DNA of 64,000 bases, taken from the NCBI RefSeq assembly GCF_006345805.1, contig NC_042998.1:112034001-112098000 (forward strand), in the 5' to 3' direction. A model generated the notes under the pieces. The model was not told the DNA's origin, searched no databases, and saw nothing but the letters and a program-made list of their open reading frames with translations. The translations under genes and the position numbers were made by a program. How positions within the stretch are numbered: position 1 is the stretch's first letter; the number at the start of each line of letters is the position of its first letter. Below, piece by piece: positions 28,361 through 42,002 of the stretch. The stretch is from Octopus sinensis. Its lineage: Eukaryota.

Positions 28361-28475
28361 GTGAATAAGCATAGTAGTGTAAGTCCTGACAGGGTACAAA
28401 GTCAGTGTTCTTCCAATGGATCATTCAACACGAACTCCTGACCATCTCTACCTTCAAGCTGTAACTTGAGAAAAC
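28361..28475 (-). mobile_element. Short retroelement 3' end with (CATA)n tail, copy 1
   Basis: Near-identical to 30034-30169 (atagtagtgtaagtcctgacagggtacaaagtcag...aagctgtaactt). It abuts (TATG)n 28304-28360, i.e. a (CATA)n tail on the minus strand. Confidence 0.6.
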
Positions 28476-28653
28476 TACTAATATATGCCACTTCAATTTT
28501 TTATTGGAAAGCCCTCTCCCAAAGGTTTTTTTTTTCCTATTAAGTTGTATAAATTAATGCTAGCCCATTAGAGCTAGGTCAAACTTAACAACAATACAAA
28601 ATACCGAATATAACGCCTAATTTAAATCTAATTGAAATTATTTTCTTTTGCAG

Positions 28654-28833
28654 ATGAAAAAACTTAAATATAGTTGCAAGAATAATGGAAGGTCTATGTT
28701 TTCCCCTGCACCAGTTTCCCTTTATCCAAAGAAAGACAAATTATCTTCGACAGAGAAGAAACAAATTCAAACAGAATACGGACAGTTACAAGAAATGGTT
28801 CCAACAATAGCAAACAGACGTCGAGTGACGAAG
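28654..28833 (+). CDS. Helix-loop-helix protein, coding exon 1 (N-terminus, helix 1 and loop)
   Basis: Acceptor ttttcttttgcag lies immediately before ATG 28654 and the donor is AAG|gtacaa. The 180-bp open frame reads MKKLKYSCKNNGRSMFSPAPVSLYPKKDKLSSTEKKQIQTEYGQLQEMVPTIANRRRVTK. EYGQLQEMVPTI...VTK matches the HLH helix1-loop pattern (Y..L..LVP.....K.SK). Confidence 0.85.
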
Positions 28834-29472
28834 GTACAAACATTATCACTACTTGTTGACATTGTTATTTTAATTCTTTTTTTTTTTTTTGGTTCTATAG
28901 TTTCCTTACCTTCTATCAATTATCAAGTTTATCCTTCTACTTAAACACTAGCGTGTGTGTGTGTGTGTGTGTCTGTTGCGTACGTACGTGTGAATTTGGA
29001 GTCCATCGACTAAGTAGCTTTTGTCATCTTTACCACATTCTACCAATGCTTGTCAATTTCAATATTCCTCTTGATTTTAATTTCTTATGTTGCTTCTTAC
29101 TGCATCTTTCTTTTATTCCTAATACTATTAAAAAGCGTAACTGGAGAAGATAACCAAACAGCCAGCCAAGCAACCAACCAATCAATCAATCAATCAACAT
29201 TTATATCGGCTATTAGTATATAGAGAGAAACGGAAAGTTAATGCAAAAGTTTTCTCTGTTCTTAAATGACTAATGTGACTCTTTTACAATGTAATTGTCC
29301 ATATACAGCGACATGTGAAATTACGACGTAATACAATAACTGCATAAACTGAGAATCGATTCCTCGGATGGAGTGCTTACAGCGGGTTTTGCTTGATTCT
29401 CAAAATCCAATTTTCTACTGATTTGTATGTGTGTATATATATATATATATACATACATACATACATACATAC

Positions 29473-29538
<66 letters not shown>

Positions 29539-29546
29539 GCATATAT

Positions 29547-29634
<88 letters not shown>

Positions 29635-29778
29635 GTAGATAGATAGATAGATAAACTTACTTGGAAATGGATGCGAGGCGTTCAATCATAAATATATATA
29701 TATATATATATATACATACATACATACATACACACACACACATACATACATACATACATACATACATACATACATACA

Positions 29779-29811
<33 letters not shown>

Positions 29812-29859
29812 GCATATATACATGCATATATGGGTATAGGACGTCACAAAACATAACCA

Positions 29860-29942
29860 GCATGAAATACCTGAAAGAGCCGGTTTCTACTCTAGATCCA
29901 AGTCTCCTTCGTTGGCATTTCAACACCAACAGAGTATATTTG
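29860..29942 (-). mobile_element. Second copy of the short R4-like 3' element
   Basis: The reverse complement reads ...ctgttggtgttgaaatgccaacgaaggagacttggatctagagtagaaaccggctctttc, homologous to 61081-61146. Its 5' end abuts (CATA)n on the minus strand. Confidence 0.65.
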
Positions 29943-30033
29943 TACGTATGTATGTATGTATGTATGTATGTATGTATGTATGTATGTATGTATGTATGTA
30001 TGTATGTATGTATGTATGTATGTATGTATGTAT

Positions 30034-30169
30034 GTGAATATGAAATCTGCTGTTACTCTGTGCATAGTAGTGTAAGTCCTGACAGGGTACAAAGTCAGAG
30101 TACTTCCAATGGATCATTCAACACGAACTCCTGACTATCTCTACCCTCAAGCTGTAACTTTGAGAAAAC
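30034..30169 (-). mobile_element. Short retroelement 3' end with (CATA)n tail, copy 2
   Basis: Same block as 28361-28475 with about 20 extra nt next to the tail. It abuts (TATG)n 29946-30033. Confidence 0.6.
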
Positions 30170-30233
30170 CTCCAATTTCACTGGTGCAGAGACAACAGAC
30201 ATCTCACTAGTAAAAACATTATTATGAAGGATA

Positions 30234-30264
<31 letters not shown>

Positions 30265-30586
30265 ACACACAGTGTTTGTGTGTGTGTGTGTGTGCGCGCG
30301 CGCGACGCGCATCCATGTGTGTACATATGAATATATACAAGAGGGTGCTGAAAAACTCTTGGCTTTGGGTAAAAGGAATACGGGTGGATCGGTTAACTAT
30401 GATTCTATTCAACATATTCCCCTCTCAGATTCACACACTTATTGCAGTGGTCCTTCAGTTTTTCTGAGAACTCGGAAATTTGGGCCTGCAAACAGCCTTT
30501 CGCAATACCCTTAAAGCCAGGAACTTTTCAGCACTCCCTTGTACGTATATGCATATAAACACACAGTTATATACACACACATAATT

Positions 30587-30626
<40 letters not shown>

Positions 30627-30834
30627 TTATATATGTGTGTATGTCTATATGCAGAAAATGCTAAATACATCCGCGTCGACATACACTCTTTTATATGCAT
30701 AAACATATATGAGAAATGCAGATGCGGATTGGTTATTATTTATTAAAATCTATTGTTTGCAATGTACATCAATCGGTCCCCATGTCGTTGACGATGATGA
30801 TGATCTTTTTTCTCTTTGTATATCGTTGTTACAG

Positions 30835-30910
30835 AGACAAGTGGTAAGGGAAGCAACTCTTTATATCGACCAATTACATTCAGAATTATTAGAAAAATTA
30901 CATCATAATG
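30835..30910 (+). CDS. Helix-loop-helix protein, coding exon 2 (helix 2)
   Basis: Acceptor ctttgtatatcgttgttacag, donor ATG|gtaagt. A phase-0 join to exon 1 gives RQVVREATLYIDQLHSELLEKLHHN(G), matching the HLH helix 2 pattern (..L..A..YI..L). Confidence 0.85.
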
Positions 30911-31708
30911 GTAAGTAGTCGCAAGGTCTCCTTTCCTCTCCCTCTGTCTGTCTGCTTCTCTGTCTGTTCCTCTCTCTCTACTCTCCGTCACTCTTTCTTC
31001 CTTACTTTTTATTCTCGATACTGAAGCAATTTGTTTGTTTTTTTTTTTGTTTTTTGTTTTTTATGAATCGTATCGATTCCACTTCGAGACATTAAGCTGT
31101 TTATATATATAATAAGACACATAGAGATATACACTTCATAACCATACAATATATTACCACATGATCTGAAAACATACATTGTGTAAATAATCAAATACTA
31201 TGAACATATACACTATTCAGCCATATATCAATGAGACATGCTCAACAATAGACATACAAAATAGTCATACTATAGAGATATATGTCTGGAAAAACACAGG
31301 AAGAAAGTATGATCTAAAGAGAGAAGCTCTACCCGGTCGCTCGATACACTAGAGATGGTAACAGCATTCCCCTCAAATTACTCATTGCTGTCTTTGAAAA
31401 AGAGGAAAACAGAAGGTACACTGGATGTCGTAGTTCATGTCCTGAAAAAAAAAAAGAAAATAAATAAGTAAAGGAAAAAGAGGAAGAAAACAAAAAGAAG
31501 AAGGGAAAAGGGTTGGTCACAGCGTGAACGTCTTTGATCACGCGTCGGTTAAATAAAAACTGACTTGGGAAGTAAAGAGAAAAATCACATGTATAGGGAA
31601 AAAAATGTAGGACGGTCACTAGAGTTTAGTTCTGTCGGATGAGAAGCGACATGATTTCGGAGATCTCTCTCTCTCACACGCACACACACGCGCGCAACAC
31701 ACACACAC

Positions 31709-31739
<31 letters not shown>

Positions 31740-31779
31740 CCCACACACACACACACACACATGCACGCACTGCATACAC

Positions 31780-31808
31780 ACATGCACACACAATATATAT
31801 ATACATAT

Positions 31809-31847
<39 letters not shown>

Positions 31848-31892
31848 TATATATATATATCTATATATATATATATACATATATATATATGT

Positions 31893-31938
<46 letters not shown>

Positions 31939-32063
31939 AAATGGATAGATGAATTATCTTGTTATCTATATATATATATATCTATATATATACATATATG
32001 TATGTATGTATTTATATACATATTATATACATATACATATATTAATATGTGTATATACATACG

Positions 32064-32122
<59 letters not shown>

Positions 32123-32247
32123 CACATCTATATATAAGGATATATGTATATAAATATATGCATATATTTATATACATATACCCATATATATATAGATGTG
32201 TATATATATTTATATACATGTATCCATATATTAATATATGTATATAC

Positions 32248-32282
<35 letters not shown>

Positions 32283-33037
32283 TGTATGTATGTATGTATG
32301 TATGTATGTATGTATGTATGTATATATACATATATTTATATATGGAAATTTGTGTTTGTGTGTATGTTTGTATATAAGCATGTGTGCAGAGAAAAAGAAT
32401 ACAGAATTATAGAAAGAGTACATGATACTGATGTAGAGATAGCTTTACTCTGAGTTTCGTGCCTGAAGGTCTCAGTCGACAGATGAAATGAAAACAGCTA
32501 TCTCCCTAAAGAGACTGCATACACATATACATACATGCATACATACATATATGCATGCATACATGTATACATGTATACATTTATACATGCATGCATTCAT
32601 ACATACATGCAGACAAACATAAATGCATACATTCAAACGTAAATGCGTAAACAAATGCATATATACATGCATACCTTCATATACACATACATTCATAGAT
32701 ACACGCACTCATATATACTTACACACATACATGCATACATGAAAAGACATACATGCATTCACACACACATACATCCATACGTACGTACGTACATACATAT
32801 AGCATACATTCGTATTACGTACATACACACATACATACATACGTACATACATACATACATACAAGCATACATACATATGTATGTACATACATACATACAT
32901 ATATACATACACACACATACATACATACACACACATACACACACACACATACATACATACATACATACATACATACATACATACATACATACACACATAC
33001 ATACATACACACATACATACATACATACATACATACA

Positions 33038-33070
<33 letters not shown>
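31780..33070. repeat. Long compound (TA)n/(TATG)n/(CATA)n low-complexity tract in HLH intron 2
   Basis: Read directly; it accounts for many spurious ORFs. Confidence 0.95.
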
Positions 33071-33071
<1 letters not shown>

Positions 33072-33955
33072 AACCTGTGTGTGTTCTTACTTCCCCTAAT
33101 CCAGCATGCTCATCTTTACTTTGCAGTTTTAGTTTCCAGTTTCTCTTAGTTGTTAATATTTTTTTTGTTTTTGTTTGTGCTCTCGTTATTGCTTAACCAT
33201 GGGTTGTCCTGATGCAGCATGTTAAAATCACACTCCTTCTAACCGTGACCATTCCAGATTGAGTGTGCCTCGGAGTATAATATCTAATATGTTTACCTCT
33301 AAGCTGATAGGGTATTGACTGAATGAGTGCTGAGTGCTGAGTGCTAGCTGCTATTTCCACCAGATCGAGAGTGCTTGTAGAAGCTTTCTCGTTACTACAT
33401 AATGATGGCGTTGGAGACAGTGGTGGTGGTGGGCATCGTGGTCGTGGTGGTAGTGGTAGTGGTGTGCGGCTGTTTTTTCTTTTTCTAGTTAAACCCTAGA
33501 TTTGCTCTGGTCAGGTAGATTATAATGTCTGATATGGAATATACCCTCGTCTTAAGACAGAAGGTTGTGATTTTAGGCAGATTTAGCTACTATGTTTAGC
33601 AAGTCGAACAACCTTAAAGATGCTGATTTGTGGGCGCGTGGATGCTGTGATTAACGACGGTAGTTGTGGTAGATGAGGCTGTTAGTGGTTACCATGTTGA
33701 TGATGGTAGTTGTTATGATAGGGTGAGGGCAGTATTAGCTGATGCCTACCGCAAACAGATGGTTTCTTTCCCAGCACCTTGCTGAAAAAATGTCAGTGAC
33801 GTATCCACAACTCAAGTGTTAGCGTTTAACTATCTCAGCCGACAGCGCGTGTGGAACGTGTGTGAGTAGAGTGAAGTGGGTGGGTGTATTTGGATGATGG
33901 CTGACAGGAGGAATAAGTGAATGGGTGGCCTCTTTTATTTTCGCTTTGTGTTTAC

Positions 33956-33986
<31 letters not shown>

Positions 33987-35286
33987 CGTGCATCTATGCG
34001 ACTGCATACAAACCTGTGTGGATTCTCAGAGAATGAACGAACGAGAGGTAGAGGCGAGCTAGGAATAATAAAAGGAACATAGATAGGTAGAAAGAAAAGA
34101 AAAACAGAGGGAAAGAAGAAGAGGGGGAGAAAAAGAGAGAGAAAGAGGGTCGGAGACAGAGACGGTATTCAGTTGGTGATTTTGTATATTCATTGGGTGA
34201 CTGTTGTATTAGTGTGAGAATGGTAGAACTGGGTATCGGGTGCATGACCCGAACAAATAAAGGATCATAGCACTTCTAACGGGTGGCAAGAGAAAATATT
34301 TTAGAGGTTTGTTTGACGAGAAAAGAGGGCTGCCATATGGCAATAGGCCGTCTTGGCGAGTCTGTAAGTGCGCGTGTTTGTATGTATATGCATATGTGTA
34401 TGAGTGTATACACGCACGCACTCACATATATATATATGCGTGTATGACTATACGTATTTGTCCATATGTGCCTTTGTGTTTGTATACGATATCTTGTATG
34501 CGTTTGATTTGCGCATGCGTGTTTCACAGATAGAATAGCTTAGCTGAAGTCAGCGTGGGAACATTGGACCTTTGTGTTCTCTACACAAATCTGAACACGT
34601 GTAAAGGTAGATTGATGTACATGAAACATCGTCAATTCTACTAGGTGCCTCCATATTTGTCCGTCTGTCAATCACAGAAAGCTATTGTGGTACTAACCTT
34701 TGTATCAAGTGAACAGCTGGTATTATCATTAGGTGAATTCACTAAATACATGAATAAAAGCATATTATTTTTTATGAATTTGGAGGATATTCTACTGTAC
34801 TCCTATGTACTATGTATCTATCTGCATTTATACCTATCTACTTATCAATATATACCATCTATTTCCTCTCTCTGCCTCTCTTTCCCTCTCTCTCTCTCTT
34901 TCTCTCTCACACACACACGTATACTAATATTATGTATGTGTGTACGAATGTATGTATATTTCCTCCCTATATAGCTATCCCTTTACAATAGCATTCTGTA
35001 TGTATAATAATGGTTAGAACAAGCACTCAGATAATTGTATCGAAGACCTTAAATATTTGGGAAAAGGTGATTGCTATACTCGAACCTGAAGACAAGTCAG
35101 TTCTTTACTAAATAGTTAAAGCAGAAATCACTTTGACAGAATGGGGTTTCGATGTGTTTCTGTATTCGTGAAAATGGTTTCGTATTTGTGCAGTGAACCG
35201 TAAAGGATGATCGTCAAAGCCGACTCATCGAGATTTAATCGATGAATATAACAGACACAACTAAATAATATTTTCTACCAAAAAGT

Positions 35287-35486
35287 CGGCTAGCTGGCAG
35301 AAACGTTAGCACACAGGGCGAAATACCTAGCGGTATTTACGTTCTGAGTTCAAATTCCACCGAGGTCAACTTTGCCTTTCATCCTTTCGGGGTCGATAAA
35401 TTAAGTACCAGTTGCGTACTGAGGTCAATGTAACCGACTTACCCCCTCCCCGAATTTGCTTTTTGCCTAGTGTAGAAAAAAATATT
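35287..35486 (+). mobile_element. SINE family B variant with a different 3' tail
   Basis: Family B head and body followed by acttaccccctccccgaatttgc. Decayed relatives lie at about 17620-17756 (-), 26621-26778 (-), 41211-41546 (+, two copies) and 44480-44822 (+), with a head-only piece at 36611-36640 (-). Confidence 0.8.
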
Positions 35487-35689
35487 TCTTGCCAAAATCA
35501 GAAGGAACATATTGTCAACTACTCCGATCCCTATTACTTAGTTGGTACTCTGCTTCATTGAATCCAAATAAAGGAAATGTTGACTATGACGGAACTAGAA
35601 ATTAGGACGTAGGGGAATGTAATTAAATGTTACATTTCGTTTAAGTTAGCTACTCAATGGATTCTGCCAGAAAATTGTAGGTATTGTAT

Positions 35690-35755
35690 GCGTAGGTATG
35701 TGGTAAGAAGCTTGATTCCCAACCACATGGTTCCAGGTTCAATGGCACCTTGAGC
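35690..35755 (+). mobile_element. SINE family A head only, fused to the CR1-type RT relic
   Basis: tgtggtaagaagcttgattcccaaccacatggttccaggttcaa.tggcaccttgagc matches the family A 5' end and runs directly into GVPQG codons. Confidence 0.75.
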
Positions 35756-36485
35756 GTGGTGTCCCACAAGGCACTGTGTTAGACCCACTCTTGTTCCTTA
35801 TCTACATAAATGACATCATCAGGGTCCTTAAATACAGTAACTTAAAAACTTTCGCGGATGACTCTAAGCTTCTGAAGGTTGTCGACAGGATGGGAGACCG
35901 AACAAATCTTCAATCAGACCTGGGCATAGAAACATAGCATGCAACTGAACGAGAAGTTTGAGATAATCCACTTTGGTAAAGAGGCTGCACTTAAACAACC
36001 ATATATTCTTCCTTCAGGCGAACATATCACGGCATCAAACACTGCTAGGGACTTCGGTGTGACTGTCGGCGATAACTTAGATTGTAATATCTACATAAAC
36101 AAGAAAGTCGATATGGCCCGCAGGGCGTGCTCCTGGATCCTCAGGGCTTTCCAGTCTAGAGATGCTCCAACCATTATCCTTCTTTTTTTCTACCTTCACC
36201 CGCCCTCACCTTGAACACTGCTGTCCGCTATGGTCTCCCTACACGAGCCAGAATATTAATAGGCTTGAAGCATCCCTGAGATCAATTACGAAAAAAAAAA
36301 AAAGACTGATGGCATGTCTGGTCTCAAATACTGAGATCGACTCGCGAATCTCAAACTGTATACTCTCTCCAGCGCCACCGAAAGCGCTTTATTATTTGTA
36401 TGATGTGGAAATTGTTCCGACAGTATTGCCCGAATGATATCGGTATCACTTTTAAAATCCACCCAAGGCTTGGTCCCCGTGCTTG
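35756..36485 (+). mobile_element. CR1/L2-type LINE reverse transcriptase relic
   Basis: GVPQGTVLDPLLFLIYINDI..., FADDSKL (35851-35871), LQSDL, RDFGVTVGDNL and TRPHLEHCCPLWSPY, with multiple frameshifts and stops. Confidence 0.9.
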
Positions 36486-36542
36486 GCTCTCTACAGAAAT
36501 CGTGCTCTCAGCACATCACAACACTAAGACAGAAGCCCGTCT

Positions 36543-36616
<74 letters not shown>

Positions 36617-37916
36617 AACGTTTCTGCCAGCTCGCCGCCATAATCGAAATCCAGTATTGAAAGCATGGTCTATTTAACTGAGAAGACTAAGGTCTTCTAC
36701 TTGCAAGGATAAATTTAGTTAATTGAAGTTTTCCAACACACAATATAACACGACACATTATGATGTTCGTATTTTAGCTGCACTAGGTTGCCCTGAAGTA
36801 TTTTCTCAGTCATCATGTAATTACATAATATTGCACAGTGGTTGTGCATCCCACATCACAAGTTCTGGTTAGGAATAGTGGTTCCCTTGGCCCCGTGCAT
36901 TCGTTGCGTGCGCCCAAGACATCCGCGTCTGATCGAGACGTTTCATCCATTCCGAGTTCATGAATAAACTGAGACCATAAACGTCTTCGAGGCTTCCAGT
37001 CGTTCTCCCTCTGGGGCCAGCTTATCCGGAGTAAAACGTCGGTGGGAACCAAACAAGAGGTGTTTCAGAAATAAAATATTCAGAGACGCCGTCCATTCAG
37101 AAAGAACAATTTATTCTCAGTCTAAGATTTCTGAGATTGCCTTGTGCCATTTGTCTATTAATAGTAAAATCGTATAAAGCTGTGGAAGATTCGAGAAATG
37201 TATTGTTCAGCCAATGAACATCCTTGTAACATTTAATTGCTTTATTTATTTATTTGTTTATTTATTCGTTACATGCTTGTTAATTACAATTCTTTAAATC
37301 TTTATGAGTAGGCTAAAGAGGAAATTATGAATATAAAAAAAAAAAAATAAATGAGTAAAACAATGAAAATATCGTGGCGGCAAAAAGAAAACAAAACATT
37401 TGCAAATTTGAAAAGGAAACAATATTGATGGCATTTGACTCTGAAATGAAGTAGGAGAAAATCGTGTTTATATGTTTAATGATTTTCAAGTTAAATAGAA
37501 AATAGCAAACAGTAGTATTTTGTTTCATAGTTTTGTTGCTATGTTTTTGGATTGTTCGTCACGAATAAAGTTTCCTATCAACATTTTATTACAACGATAC
37601 GTTGCTAGGATAAAAGTAAACCCCCAGTTTACATAAATTTCTATTTCGTGAAATTACAAACATCATTCTACTTCTTATTCACTTTCTCTACTCCTTCTCT
37701 TTTTTTTTTTCTGTCTGCCTGTCTCTTTGATTCTGTCTTTCTATCTTGTTTCTTTATCTTTTATTATTATTTTTTTTTTTACCATTCTCTTTTTCTCCTT
37801 CTATTTCATCCTTCCATTGCTTGCTTTCCGTTCTCTTCCCTCTCTTCTTCGTCTGCGTTTCTCTCCTCTCTCACTCTTTTTACACACACACGCACACACA
37901 CACACATGCATATTAC

Positions 37917-37991
<75 letters not shown>

Positions 37992-38154
37992 CACTCTTTC
38001 TCTATATATAAATATATAGACAGAAAGAGAGGGAGAAAGAGAGAGCAGTTATCTATATTGTTAGTACTGAGTCCTCTTTGCAACATAATCTCCCTGATCC
38101 TTGATTCAAATGTTTCGCTATTACACACATGCACGCACCGCCCACATATAAGCA

Positions 38155-38208
<54 letters not shown>

Positions 38209-38763
38209 TATATAAGCACAAGTGTGTTTGAATTTCATCTTTCATATTAATATGTTCTTTTATTTCTTTGAGATCTTTTCTGTTTTGCTACCACTTTTCA
38301 ATTTCTTCAATTTTTGTTCCAATTGATTTCATATTTAGTGTATTGGTGTAGCTGTGTATGGTAATTATTGACATGAAATTCGTTTTCGTAATAAATCAAT
38401 AAATAAAGATTTAATAGTTTTTAAAGTCTACCAATTTAAAGTCTACCAATAAGTGCAGCCAATCGGAAAAGATCCTTCTTTTATGTCTAGTTTGGAACTA
38501 CCATCCCATTTCAAGGCTTTCTCAACCTCAACTTCTGAATGAAGTAGTGATAGCAATGTATTGTTACTGCGCATTGTAGCAGATACTACACTTCGCAGGA
38601 ATGCTACTGTAACCTATAAAACGTTATGGCCGGGCAAAAGACTGTGTGACCGTATGCTTCCATAGTTAATATCCTAAGAATTTGTGAAATTCTATATAGG
38701 ACGCTACGCTTATCAACAAACATCTGTCTGGTTTTGTCTCGTGTTTCTATATTATTATTATTA

Positions 38764-38811
<48 letters not shown>

Positions 38812-39170
38812 GTACCGCCTGGATGAAATTTTACTGGAGAATGGCTTCTTCAGACTGAGAAGTAAGATGGCAATTTACATTTCGTCTAAGTGTATTAAAA
38901 AAAAATTGTACTCGAACACAATTTTTTAATAATTCAACCATTACGACTGCATAAGTTATGCCGATATATTGCTAATTATCCCTCACACACGATGGACCCA
39001 AGTATACCATTACCAGCTAAGACTACAGAAGTGGTTGACTGATTAAGTCGATTATACACGCGTACATACACTTTCGTATGTGTACGTTATTCATCCTCAA
39101 CATTCTGTACGTTTTCTCTCCTTCATTTGATAGAGGCCACTAGTTTAATTACTAGTCATTTGATTGTGTG

Positions 39171-39270
<100 letters not shown>

Positions 39271-39448
39271 GTGTGTGTGTGTGTTGGGTGCATATATATA
39301 TGAACAGCGTGATCAACTTTCCAGAATGTTGTATGCATAAAATTTCTTTAAAACAAAAATATTCAAGAAATTTTATTTTTATGTCGTTTGATTTTGTTAT
39401 TTATCAGTTTTAACATCTCCTTTTTTTCCTTTCTTCTTTTAATTCTAG

Positions 39449-39558
39449 GATTCTCTGATTTTGACATGAATCTGAACAGCTTGAACAACTTGGTAATAAA
39501 CCTTATGCAGAATAATTTAGATCTGAATAAACCCAGTAATACGCTTGTTAACAAGTGA
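39449..39558 (+). CDS. Helix-loop-helix protein, probable terminal coding exon 3
   Basis: Very strong polypyrimidine acceptor (ctcctttttttcctttcttcttttaattctag). It is phase-1 compatible with exon 2 and gives (G)FSDFDMNLNSLNNLVINLMQNNLDLNKPSNTLVNK-stop, about 121 aa in total if 28654 is the start. An internal TTG|gtaata donor at 39492 and an alternative exon at 40603-40682 cannot be excluded. Confidence 0.55.
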
Positions 39559-40044
39559 ACAGACACATACATACATACATACAAACATACGTATGTATGT
39601 ATATATGTATACACACACACACACACAGATATATATATACAAAAACAAAAAAAGAAAAGTGGAAAGAAACGAAATGTAAGGTTTTGCTTTTTTGTGATTA
39701 AAACGAAGATTTGCCAATGAAGGATTTTCTACGAATACCGTGATTCAAACAGGACTTGATATTTGTAAAATGCAGTATATTAGAAGAAAAAAGAATTACA
39801 TGGACATTCATGATTCGTGGTGGTACATTATAAAATTCATGATGGCATAGCAGGAAGAATTAATGTCCACCTACATTGTACAATTCCACAATTTCAAGAT
39901 CTTAAATATCTGTAAATCAAACACCATTTGTGTGAGTGTGTGTGTGTGTGTAAGTATGCATGTATGTATATACATTCATTGACGTAAGCATATATAACAT
40001 ATATATCATATATATATATATCACATATATATATATCACATATA

Positions 40045-40077
<33 letters not shown>

Positions 40078-42002
40078 GAGAAACACATACTGCAGGTTAA
40101 AAGTTTTCTCAATGAGAAGAATCACGCAACAAATGAATTATTTTCAGTAATTTCGAAATTACTTATAGCATTCAAATTTACGCCGAGGTATACATTAGAA
40201 ACTATAAACTGTAAATTTAATATCACCAAAACAATTTTCATATGATTGTAAGAAAAGTATTTTTTTATTATGCTTAAATGAATTCTTTTCCAAGAAAGAT
40301 TATTTCACTTTCTGTGAAAAGCATCTTCAGCGGAGGGAGTTCAGAAGTACAGAGTTATAGATAAAGTAAACTAGAAAAATATTAAATAATAAAAATTAAA
40401 TACATATTTTTTTTTACATCAATATATAGAGAGAGTGAGAGAGAAAGATCGAGAGTAAGAGAGATGTAGGAGAAGGGAAACAAAAGGTAGACTATGAGAT
40501 GACAGAAGGGAAAAAAGGATATATTATGGATGTCGTCGTTTCAAGTTCGAAACGTCTAATGAAATTCCTTTCTGTCAACAACAGCTACCTTTGTGTTTGT
40601 AGGAGTTTTCGGCTTCTCCCTATGTAGAGTTACAAAAGAGTATTTGAAGAATGTTTTTTTTTCTTCTTTGATAACAGCATAGACTCATTCGGTCAAAATA
40701 CAATACGAAGCATGGATACCAATCCTACAACCTCTGATCTCTATATTTTACTGTTTGGAAGAAAGAATAACTATTCACAAGGTGCTATGAGAAAAATGTA
40801 ATCTTCGGTTTGGTTTAATTCTTTATAGGGAGTAAGAAAACTATTATTTAAGCTATGATCATTAAATGACATTGCCTTGTTTAAAAGAAATTGTTAACAT
40901 CGATCGGAAAATAAATAAAATTATTCCTAGAATGCTCTTAGTGCCATTATTGGAACCAGTAAAAGAGCAAAAGATAAAGAATTTAATCGGTCCTTGTTTC
41001 TTTTGAATTAGAAAACACGTTCTCTAACATGAATGGAATAATTTCTGCATTTGATTCCTGTCTTATTAAAGAAAAACAACAGCATTCATATAAAATTTTT
41101 TTAAATGTTCTATTTTTATTTTTTACATTTTAATATTCTGATATAAATAAATGAAAATATTTTCTTGTTAAAATTCTTTATTGTTATTATTCTTAGTGGT
41201 GGATGATGGAGAGCTAGAAGAATTGCAAGAGCATTTGTTCTGGCTTTTTACGTTCTTTGTTCAAATCCTGCAGGCGTCAACTTTAACTGTCCTCATCACC
41301 TCCTGAGATCGATAAAACAGGCACCAGTTAAGTACTTAGATTGATGGTATCGTCTAACGCTACCCACCTACCTTATTTCAGGCTTTGCACCTGTTTTAGA
41401 AACAATAAGACAGCGAGCTGGCAAAATTGTTAGAACTTTGGAAAAATGCTTTGTAGTACTTGTTTCGGCTCAAATCTTGCCAAGACCAATTTTGCTTTTC
41501 ATTCTTTCGAGATGGTTAAAATAAAGTAGTAGTACAATACTAAGTCTTTTGATATAGATTAACCCTCTCCCTCAAGAATGCCTAAATGGGAAACAATTAT
41601 CATTGTTCGTGGTGTTGTTTTTATTACTGTTTCTGCTAGTGAGATTTTTGACAGGTAGGAGTTGCTATTATTGTAACGATCGCCGAAAGGAAATGTGTAT
41701 TGCAATTTTTTACCTCCTTTCGACAAGTTCTCGCCCTTTATCTGAATAAATGACAACAGCCACTTACAATTTATATTTTGCACCTCATATACAAAAGGCT
41801 TACAACACCAACTTTTATTGTGTCAATTTCCACACTTCAGAGGTTTCACATTAAAAAAGAATAAATGAAATTAAAAGTGATTTCCTGTTTTATTGCTAGT
41901 TTGTGGGCACAGCAGTAAATTTAACTTGGGCGTGCCTAGATTTAATTCCTATAGCTTATATGTTGAAATCTTTTCTACTGGAAGCACATGGTCTCACATT
42001 AC

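Noticed and set aside
38421-38450. 15-bp perfect tandem duplication ttaaagtctaccaat
   Set aside because: Consistent with ordinary slippage or an empty-site scar, with no associated element.
40603-40682. Alternative third HLH exon (GVFGFSLCRVTKEYLKNVFFSSLITA-stop)
   Set aside because: Phase-compatible, but the acceptor is weaker than at 39449. Kept only as an alternative.
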